A DNA stretch of 64,000 nt from Calcarisporiella thermophila CBS 279.70. Its lineage: Eukaryota > Fungi > Calcarisporiellomycota. Of this stretch, positions 55,297 to 64,000 are shown piece by piece (positions within the stretch are counted from its first letter, which is position 1; every line of letters begins with the position of its first letter). Position numbers and translations under genes: made by a program. The DNA lies in contig NW_027192192.1 in NCBI RefSeq assembly GCF_041956535.1, forward strand, positions 307,051-371,050. Reading direction: 5' to 3'. The notes beneath the pieces are model-generated. The model ran no database searches, was not told the DNA's origin, and worked only from the letters and a program-made list of their open reading frames with translations.

Positions 55297-57753
55297 ATGG
55301 AGGTTCATCGGTGCCGGTTTGTAGATTATACCCCGGCATCCATTAATGCACTCGCCTTTTCACCTCCGTCTGCCACTGACTGCCAGGGCACTACGGCTCG
55401 CACATTACTGGCCTGCGCAAGATCGAATGGTGATATTGAAATATGGAACCCCAAAGACGAGTGGAATCTTGAAAAGATTATTCCTGGAGGAAGTAACATG
55501 TCCATTGAGGCACTTACTTGGGTACACCAGACAGTGCTGACAGATGCAGAGGATTACGACGATCCTAGAGAACTTAAAGCAGCTCTTAAGGAGCTTGCCT
55601 CTGAATCTCCACGTCTGTTCTCCGCCGGCCTCAATTCCATCATAACCGAATGGGATCTGGATACTATGACTTCACTTCGATCCATCGATTCTCACGGAGG
55701 CGCTGTGTGGTGCATGGCTACGAATCACTCGGGCACCTTTATAGCAATCGGATGCGAGGATGGATGCGTACGACTCTTCAATGTATCGGACGGTGGGCTG
55801 GAATTTACCAAGAGTTTTGACAAGCAAAAGGGACGGATTCTTTCGATTGCTTGGTCAGCAGACGACAAATACATTATTACGGGCTCATCGGATAGCAGTC
55901 TCCGTAAGTGGGACGTATCTCAGGGCCGAGTTGTTTCTAGGATGACCGTGGACCGGGTGCGAGGCGAGGACACTATAGTATGGGCGGTGAATGTGTTGCC
56001 GGATGGCACCATTGTTAGCGGTGACTCGCTGGGGCATGTAAAATTCTGGGATGGAAATCTGGGCACCATGAAACACACCTTCAATGCCCATGGTGCGGAT
56101 GTGCTCTGCATGGCGGCAATGCGTGACGGTTCAACCGTTTATACGTCTGGCGTGGACCGAAAAGTGAATCAGTTTAAATTGGTGGAGAGTCAAATGAGAA
56201 AGCGAAAGACTGACGGCGGCGATGAGGCCAACGTCAAAAGCCGTTGGGTGCTCACTGGGAGCCGCCGCTATCACTCTCATGATGTTCGGGCGATGGCACT
56301 GGAAGAAAACCGCCCGGTCAATGCGCTGGTGACGGGAGGCGTCGACCTGTCGCTCGTGGTTTGCCCAGCTGCTGAATTCCCCAACATCAACCAGCGCCGG
56401 CTTCCTATATTCCCACAAAAGCCCCTTCTTTCGATGTCGCGATCGGAGCGATTAGTTTTGTGTCGATTCCAGAATTCTCTCAAGTTATGGCGAATGGGCC
56501 AGTCCTCACCCCCCGAGGATCCGTATTGGCAGATGAAAGTTGGCTCGCAGCTCCGCCTCCTGCAGCCTCAGCAAGCGCTTGCTGAGCTTTCGCTTAAAAA
56601 CGACTGCAATCTCATAGCCAGTGCTCTTTCTGAGAATGGCCGCTGGATTGCGGCTGCAACGGTTGAGGAAGTGAAGCTATTCCACCTGCAGTATAATGAG
56701 CACAACCAGGTCAGCGTGCAGAAAGTGCGCAGCCTCCCCAACCTCTCTGGTCCGGACGCAGAAACCATGGGTGCACACCAGCTCCTTTTCACGCCGGACA
56801 GTACGAAGCTAATTGTGGCCAGCCTGGACTCCACCGTGGCCATTCTCGATCTCAGCCAGTGGCCCGGCGAAATCAAGGTGCTGCGACGGTTTGGGCAGCA
56901 CCAGGGGACAGGGGACGGCGGGGAGAGCGAGCAGGGGAAGCCGTCCTCCGTCATTTCGCTGGCCGTCAGCGCGGATGGCCAGTGGATGGCGACCGGGGAT
57001 CTGCTGAATCGCGTGCACGTGTTTAACCTTGACACGTTGCAGCACCACTTGACCCTTCCGCGCTACGGCTCGACGCATACCGCGCTGAGCTTCCACCCAT
57101 ACAAGCCCAACACGCTCGTGGTAGCGCTTGCGAATAATGAGCTTTATCTGCATGATCTTGAGACGCGGAAGCTCACCGATTGGTCTCGTCGCTGCTCACA
57201 CCGCCTTCCTCGCAAGTTCCTCCGGCTCCGTGATAAGATTGTTGGGATCGCTTACAACCCCGCGCGACCATCCACCCTGATGGCATGGGGGGCCACGTTC
57301 ATGTGCCAGGTCGATCTCGATCGAGACGTGGGCGACCGCAACTCGGAAATCAACGTGATCAAGCGGAAGCGGATGGAAATGGCCGGCAAGCGGAGGGAGG
57401 AAAAGAATCGGAAGGCAAAGGGGGGAAACAAGGTAAAGAGGAATAGGCCGGAGACTTCGGGGGATGAGGGGGCGAGGATGGAGGTGGACGCGGCCGGGGA
57501 TGCTGCGGGGGAGAAAATGGAGACGAGCGAGGGCGAGGGGAAGGCTGACTCGAAGGTGGGCAGGGAGGGGTATGAGGGCGAAGAGGAGGGGGAGGAGGAA
57601 GACATCCATAATTTCCGACTTTTACACAAGTACCAGCCGCTGTTGTTCCTTGATTTCCTCTCGGGCGAATCGCTCGTTGTGATCGAGCGGCCCTTCTTTG
57701 ATATCTTGGAGAAGCTTCCGCCCTCGTTCTACCGGGCGAAGTATGGCACATAG
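55297..57753 (+). CDS. UTP4: U3 snoRNP/t-UTP WD40 protein UTP4 (cirhin), single exon
   Basis: MEVHRCRFVDYTPASINALAF, GDIEIWNP, HSHDVRAMA, C-terminal KYQPLLFLDFL..LVVIERP..LPPSF...YGT. Confidence 0.93.
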   Translation: MEVHRCRFVDYTPASINALAFSPPSATDCQGTTARTLLACARSNGDIEIWNPKDEWNLEKIIPGGSNMSIEALTWVHQTVLTDAEDYDDPRELKAALKELASESPRLFSAGLNSIITEWDLDTMTSLRSIDSHGGAVWCMATNHSGTFIAIGCEDGCVRLFNVSDGGLEFTKSFDKQKGRILSIAWSADDKYIITGSSDSSLRKWDVSQGRVVSRMTVDRVRGEDTIVWAVNVLPDGTIVSGDSLGHVKFWDGNLGTMKHTFNAHGADVLCMAAMRDGSTVYTSGVDRKVNQFKLVESQMRKRKTDGGDEANVKSRWVLTGSRRYHSHDVRAMALEENRPVNALVTGGVDLSLVVCPAAEFPNINQRRLPIFPQKPLLSMSRSERLVLCRFQNSLKLWRMGQSSPPEDPYWQMKVGSQLRLLQPQQALAELSLKNDCNLIASALSENGRWIAAATVEEVKLFHLQYNEHNQVSVQKVRSLPNLSGPDAETMGAHQLLFTPDSTKLIVASLDSTVAILDLSQWPGEIKVLRRFGQHQGTGDGGESEQGKPSSVISLAVSADGQWMATGDLLNRVHVFNLDTLQHHLTLPRYGSTHTALSFHPYKPNTLVVALANNELYLHDLETRKLTDWSRRCSHRLPRKFLRLRDKIVGIAYNPARPSTLMAWGATFMCQVDLDRDVGDRNSEINVIKRKRMEMAGKRREEKNRKAKGGNKVKRNRPETSGDEGARMEVDAAGDAAGEKMETSEGEGKADSKVGREGYEGEEEGEEEDIHNFRLLHKYQPLLFLDFLSGESLVVIERPFFDILEKLPPSFYRAKYGT

Positions 57754-57985
57754 ACCGCTTTTTTTTTTCATCTTTGCTTTTCAAATATTTCCCCCCTTTT
57801 ATTTCCTTTTCCTTCCAAAACAAGGCTTCGCCGTTTCTTTTTTTTTTCGTATTCCTTTCAATTCTTGCTGACTCTTGTTATTATATATAAATTCGAGTTT
57901 CTCTTTACACCCTCCCCAATAAATGAACACTTAATTTTATTAACAGAAGCGACGGATGAAGTTGGCAGGATGAGGAGGAATGAAT

Positions 57986-59029
57986 TCAAGTGCGGCGGAT
58001 ATGGTTGAATCTTGGCAGGATCTGTCCAAGGGGAAGGTTTGCAGAGCATGAGCCATTGGGACGGGTTCACAAACAGGTCCGCTGCTCAGCTTACCTCTCG
58101 CAGATACTCCAGGTGTCGAGCTTGCAGGCTGGTCTGAGTCTGATGGCCAACAGGAGGATGAGAAAACAGTGGGCAACGAGATTTCCCTCTGCAAGAGGGT
58201 ACTCACCGAACTCAGTGCGCTTTGGGAGCGCCTCTGCCTCTCGTGCCCATAGATGACGGTGTTGTCGGGCAAAACCTCGTTCGCTTCTGTGGAACAGGCC
58301 GTTCCAACCACGCAGTTATTCCCAATTTTAGTTGCCCCGAGAACCTTGGCTAAGAATGATAGGCTGAATCAATCCGGCCCAGCGAGGGTCAATCAGCACC
58401 GAGGAACTTACCAAGCGGCTCAAAGGTGTTTCGATTCCCAATCCGCTCACCCTCGATATCTACAAACAAAACGAGAAGAAAGATAAGGAGACGAAGAGAG
58501 GGCCAGCACGGCACATGGATGGGTGTATAAGCATCGATACACTCAAACACGTGCACCACTATGGATATATACAGCATCTGACTTCGAATATGTTCTCATC
58601 CCCGATGACGAGGGGCTCGGGCCGTCTAGAATCCAAGCGACAAAGGGGGATCAGTAGGGGCGCCATCGATGCATTGCAGGGGGCATACTTATTGACGATG
58701 GTCACTTCCTCCTCGATGATGTTGCCAGCCCCGATCACAATAGGGCCGGTCTCCGCGTGAATGTGACATTTTGGGTGAAGAACAGTACCTAATGGGGGAT
58801 GGTTCAGCTTAGTCATCGTGGCTGAATGGCAAGAAAAGGAAATTGGTGGTGGTGATAGGGTTACCGGATCCTATTTTCCCATCGGACAGGCCAAAGATGA
58901 CGAAGAGGATTAGGGGGGGGAGGATGGGGGCTATCACACAGATGACTTGCCTATGGCGACGTCGCCGCGGATGTCGGTGTCCTGGCACACCAGCGCGCGG
59001 TCGCCGATCGAGATGTGCGTGCGTGACAT
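57986..59029 (-). CDS. DCTN6: Dynactin subunit 6 (p27, left-handed beta-helix), many small exons
   Basis: ALVCQDTDIRGDVAIG|SG|TVLHPKCHIHAETGPIVIGAGNIIEE..IGDENIFEV..LPDNTVIYG..HLEYLRE|ILPRFNHI. Confidence 0.88.
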
Positions 59030-59988
59030 GGGACGCGTTGAGAGCCAGAGGAAGGGCGGTTTCAGTTGAGGGAGAGACCGTGACTTGCTTAAGCTCGGTA
59101 AACACCGCTTCAATCACAAATCGAGGATATTAGGCGAGGATCCCGGCGGGGGGAGGCAAAGCAATTTGCCAGATTTCTTGCGAACACAACAGAACCTCTT
59201 CGTAGCTTGGAAAGCGGCCTGCCTTTTCGCTTGGGTGGGGCTCTGCGGTTCCATGCCAGCGACGCAAGCGTCGCTAACAAACATTCTCCACCCAATGCAA
59301 AACTCGCGGGCCCCACGGGAGGGTGCTAGCCTCGCGCGCTCTCTCGCCCAAACATTTCCCGCGCCCGATTAGGCAGCGGGCTGCGCCTCGAGGCCGGGGT
59401 GACGCAAACAACCGAGAAGGTCATTTTGGCCGCTTTTTATTGTTTTGACGGCAGGCAATGCATTGCGATTACGTGAGGGCAGCTTGGTTGGGCAGGTTAG
59501 CAATGCAGCGCATTAGATAAGGATGCACCGGGAGAGGGCAGCGGCAGGGGGTGCGGGCGAGCCAGCGCTGGCGAGCGGGCCCGCGGGGCAAGGCTTCCTG
59601 GTTTCGTTATATTAGCAATAAAAAAACAGAATATTTATGCTATGCTAACCCCCCCCCCTTTCCTCCCTCTGCCCTCTCCTTCCGCCCTTTCCCCTTTTCC
59701 CCTTTTCCCGCCCGCGCTCGTTCCAAAGGAGAACAGGCAGCCCAAAAAAATATCCGTCCCGGACAAAGCTTTTTTCTGCCCCCTTCGCCCCTCGCTTGCC
59801 CTTTGCAAACAAAGAGTATTACGCTACCTCGCACCGGCATACACCCAACCCTATTTCTTTAAAAAAGCCCCCGCCCGGCCAAAAGCAATGATCTTCCATC
59901 GCTCTCCCATCGCATAACTTCCCTCTCTCATCCCTTTCATTTGCGCCCTGCATTTTCTTCAACAGAAAGCCCCGCCATCCCCGCCGCC

Positions 59989-61844
59989 ATGCAAGCCCAT
60001 CCCCTGGCCGCCAGCGTAAGTAATCCCTCCCCCCGCCCCATCCAATCAATGCGGCGATCATGCTAACCCCCCCCCCCCCGCCATGCCGTAGATGGAGCCC
60101 TTCTACGCCCGCCTGATCCCCCTCACATTCTCCTCCGCCAAGGAGGCCACGGATTATTGCCGACAGCTTGCGAGGCAGTTTGGGTTCACCGTCAAGCAAG
60201 AAACAAGCTCAAATAAGGTATTTTAACAGCACTTTGTACGAATATTACGGTTGCGTCACCCAAGCTTATTTGGGCCCCCGGCAAATAAGGAGGGGCCGCC
60301 CGCGGACAGCCTATTCCAAACACTAACCCTGTATATCCTGATCCCGCTAGAACGTCTATCTCTACTGCTCACGTGAAGGCTTGCCCGATTCGGTCCGCAA
60401 CAACAAGGAGGTCAAGCGGAAGCGCTCGTCGCTGCGCTGCGACTGCAAGTGGCGGGTCGTGCTCTTCGAGAACAACCAGGGCCGCTGGGAGTTCCGCAAG
60501 TCCATGAACCCCCAGGCCTCCGAGCACAACCACGAGCTGCTGCCGCCCGAGAACCTCCCGCAGCCCTGGCCGCCCGAGGTCGTCGAGCGCATCGCCTTCC
60601 ACGCCCGCCGCAACCTGCCCACACACGAGATCCGCCGCTACATCCAGCACGAGTTCCCCGCCATCACCTGGGACGAGCGCCGCTTCTACAACCGCCTCTC
60701 CGAGGAGCGCAAGCGCATCAAGACCCGCGAGACCGAGCAGCGGGTCAACAACATCATCCGCCTCGCCGCCCGGGTGTGCAGCGTGAGCTGCGGCGACCAG
60801 ACCATGGCCAACTACGTCGTGGGCAAGCTGGAGGCGCTCCTGCTGGAGCTCTGCGAGCAGCTCAAGCTCGACCCCAACCTCGGCGGCCCCATCGCCGCCC
60901 TCTCCTCCCTGTCGTCCGCCCCTTTCGCAGAGCCCTCGGATACCACGGTGGCGGCAGCCGTTGCGCACCACCAGCAGCACCAGCAATCCCTGTCGGCGCA
61001 ACTCCATTCTCCTCAACAGGAGCATATATCTCGCCCTCAGCAGCACCAGCAACCATTCTTCTCCGCACCCTCCACATACACAAGTCTGTCCCCCCCGTTA
61101 CCCCCGCGCCGATTCTCCTTCCAGCCCCCGCAGCCCTCCTCGCCTATCGCCTCTCCATCCTCCGCCTCCTCGCCCTCCTCCGTCTCCTCCGCCCCAACCT
61201 CAGTCCAGGTCGGCGTCCCGACCTCCACCCTCCTCATCTCCGCGTCACCCCAGACCTCCTCCGATTACATCGTCACGGTCCCCTCCTTCCAAATCGCAGT
61301 CAAAAGTGTTCCCGGGCAAAAGGGGCGCCCGGCCAATGCAAAGAAGATTGCGCACCGCGCCGAGTCCGTCATCGCCCCGCCGCCTCCTCCCCCACCGCCG
61401 CCGCCGCCACCGCCACAGCAGCCTCCGTCACACCGGATACCTTCATCGAGCGTGGGGCTTCCTCCGGATTTAATGCCTCCCACCGTCCAGCAGACCGCTA
61501 TGCCTCTTCATGCCTCGCCTCCTCCATATCCATTCCCCAGTCACCAGCAGCAGGGCTTCTACGCTTTTCAACCCCCGCAGGAGTATATCCCCTCGCAAAC
61601 CGCCACCGGATATTATGCCACCCCTCCTTTTCCGACGTATGGTTTCGGCGGCCAGGGAAGCGGACAAACGCAACCGCATCATTACCATGTCGCCACCGGG
61701 GCCTATCCTCTTGCTGCCCCCAGCGGGCCGGCCGCTCACCCCGGTGCCGGCGGAAATGCGGGCGCAGGCGGAGGGAATGCTGGTGGGCAGGGGAACGATA
61801 ATAATACTGGAGAGGGTCAAGGAGGAATGTCGAATTTCGGATAG
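59989..61844 (+). CDS. FAR1/FRS-type (WRKY-GCM1 fold) DNA-binding protein with P/Q/S-rich tail, probable transcription factor; 2 introns
   Basis: Spliced FSSAKEATDYCRQLARQFGFTVK..|VYLYCSREG..KRKRSSLRCDCKWRV..EHNHEL; no DDE transposase core. Confidence 0.78.
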
Positions 61845-62636
61845 AATATATTATTTATATTTGGAGAAGAGAATTTTAGGACATAACGCTCTCTTAGATA
61901 TTTTTTTTTTGCATTCAGTGTTTTCCCCAGGTTTCCCCCTTTTATTTTTGTCTTTCTTTTTTTTTGGGCATAGAAGGTCTCTTTTTTTTTTACAATTTCC
62001 CCTTTGTTTATGTACCCTTTGTGTACTCTTGTATTTTTCCTTTTTTTACAATCTTTTTTTCGTATATAGAATTTAATTTTATTAGTTTTAGTTTCAAGTT
62101 AGTATAAGCTTTAATTCTTCAGTTATTACCGTTGTAAGTTTCTCCCTTTCTCTCCTTTGGTCTTGCTCTTGGGTTTTACAAGTTTTCTAAAATAATTAGT
62201 ATAGTTATATTGTTTCATTCTTCGATTCTAAAACGGCATATTAAAATGGTACCATACATTAATTGTGTACCAAGGACTCTCCCTCCCCCCGAAGTATAAT
62301 TGGAATTATTATATTTGGTGTTTTTCAAGCCAATTTTATGTTGAATTCGTGATCATTGAAAAATTTCGAACCAATAAAAAAATTGAAAAAATTAAAAAAA
62401 CCAAAAAAATTTTCTTTTATAATTTTTATTTTTTTCAATTTTATATTTAAATTATACCCAATTGTTTTTAAATTTATTTCAATTTTATATTCTGTCACAT
62501 ATTCTGAGTGGAATACCTTCAGGAACTATCTGATTTATTTAAAAGATATATTATATAAGACATTATATATAAGGAAAATCTACAGTTTATCAGATGAGGC
62601 AGCAAAAAGAGGAATATAATAAATATCATTCTATAT

Positions 62637-63491
62637 TCAGGTGACCAGCTCGGTTGAATTTCTTCTCCAGCCATCCAAATCAACCTCTCGCTGCATCGAT
62701 GCAAATACCTCCGCAACAATTGTATCTTGTTCGATAAGAAACTCTCCTATGTCTCCAAGTGCTCGCATAATCGTGCGTAATATGTGTACCGGAATACTAT
62801 ATAGTTATCCACAGCCATGTTTATTGGTCAGCAGAGCAGTTTGTTTGAAGGTGGAAGAATTGAGCCTTACCCAGAGGGGCCGGAATGATCTAAATCATGG
62901 AGCCTCCAAGAATCTAGTGCCGAATTGTTATGCAAGCTGTTTTCTTTTTGCAAAATATCTGTGGTATACTCCTACACAATAAAAAGATTAGCTTCGAATC
63001 TGAAACCTGCAAAATTCTTAGGAGGATCGTACTATGTCAGATAAGTCTATGTTATGCACGTCGATAACTTCGTTACAGATACCCCTCCATAACGCAGCAA
63101 TTTTTCTCAAGTTTAATATCAAGCCATTCCTTTTTCCTTCTCCGCCCGAAATCATTTCCTGCTGTAACATTTCAAGGGAAAACTCGTTATCCTCTCCATT
63201 GCCGAAAAATCCTGTGCCATCGTGGGAGGGCATAATACTTTGTGTCATAATATGATCCCAGTCTGCTTCGGTGTCGCTAAGAGATTGCACGCAGGACGAA
63301 GAAGAATTTAAAGTAGTGGGAGAATACGGGAAGACGGAAGGGCGCGGGGAGAGGACATGCCATTCATCATCACTGGAGTGGGAAGTGTACGAAAGTTTGC
63401 GTGCGACCACCCACTCTGCAATAGACTGGTCGTCGTCGTTCGACTGAGAAGGGCGGCGCCACGATATATGTTGTTTATAAGAAGTGGCCAT
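62637..63491 (-). CDS. Hypothetical protein (3 exons) with acidic-W-x-x-L/I motifs
   Basis: Clean GT-AG splicing joins the 63018-63530 ORF to EYTTDILQ.. and IPVHILRTIMRALGDIGEFL..TELVT*; motifs DDEWHVL, EADWDHI, MPSHDGTGFFG. Confidence 0.6.
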
Positions 63492-64000
63492 CTTATGTTT
63501 AGAAACCAGCGGGAAGAGACAAGGGAGCAAGTGTCTTAGTTCTAGGGAGGGCGACTAAATAAATTTCATTCCAAGTTATCTGTTCCTCAGCCCACTTAGA
63601 TAGTGGTCAGGTGAGTGGACGAGGGATTTCCTAATATTTTGACAGGATGATGACTGTGCTACGTTTGCACCCGATTGTATTTCGGCTATCCATCTTTGAA
63701 AAATTTCCGCACAAATCAACTTACCTATCGATTTACCTATCAAATCCATATACCTCTTCTACGATGCTTATCAAAACAGCAATTCCTCTGCTCCTTTTGA
63801 GCTGAAATTTTTGATATCGGTGTTGCTAAAGCCAATCTCTCCAGTATTTACCACTCGGTCAGGACACTGCCATAAAGATAATTCAGAACTTGCGCACAAG
63901 GCACGTAAACTGATATCTTGGTCGACTGATGAGTTTCAGAAATAGTTTCAGCTGTGACGCAATCGCAAATATTACCCTAAAATTGCGAGGATAATTTCGC

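Noticed and set aside
62379-62442. AT-rich inverted repeat as a MITE
   Set aside because: Nearly pure A/T low-complexity sequence with no identifiable TSD.
63925-63945. Hammerhead core CTGATGA...GAAA
   Set aside because: No credible stem II, and stems I and III do not close.
63625-64000. 3' end of another gene at the window edge
   Set aside because: The minus-strand frames I translated are interrupted by stops, no ORF is listed there, and no family motif was recognised.

Overview
This is gene-dense, intron-rich eukaryotic DNA from a fungus. The gene set (class V/VII chitin synthase, ERG6, ROM-type RhoGEF, plus ELL, RAD51D, DCTN6, NDUFA1 and a GIGYF with an FGPEW motif) suggests an early-diverging lineage such as Mucoromycota; that placement is inference. 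About 27 protein-coding loci were reconstructed by hand across introns, several of them essentially invisible in the ORF track (RAD51D, NDUFA1, dynein LC8, DCTN6). There is one tRNA-Leu(CAA) gene. The most notable observations are: (1) a complete tRNA-derived SINE-like retroposon with an anticodon-less tRNA head, encoded CCA, A-tail and a perfect 16-bp target-site duplication, inserted about 80 bp upstream of the tRNA-Leu gene and apparently stacked on an older insertion at the same site, which suggests tRNA-gene-targeted retrotransposition; (2) a secreted 12-Cys protein ORF interrupted by a single in-frame UGA immediately followed by Cys; (3) a convergent ZIP/CDF zinc transporter pair with a periodic array of ZRE-like ACCTTATCGG motifs in the ZIP promoter; (4) a GC-AG intron plus a 6-nt microexon in DCTN6; (5) a candidate structured RNA at about 30.1 kb. 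Exon boundaries and start codons are manual calls, not verified with RNA data.
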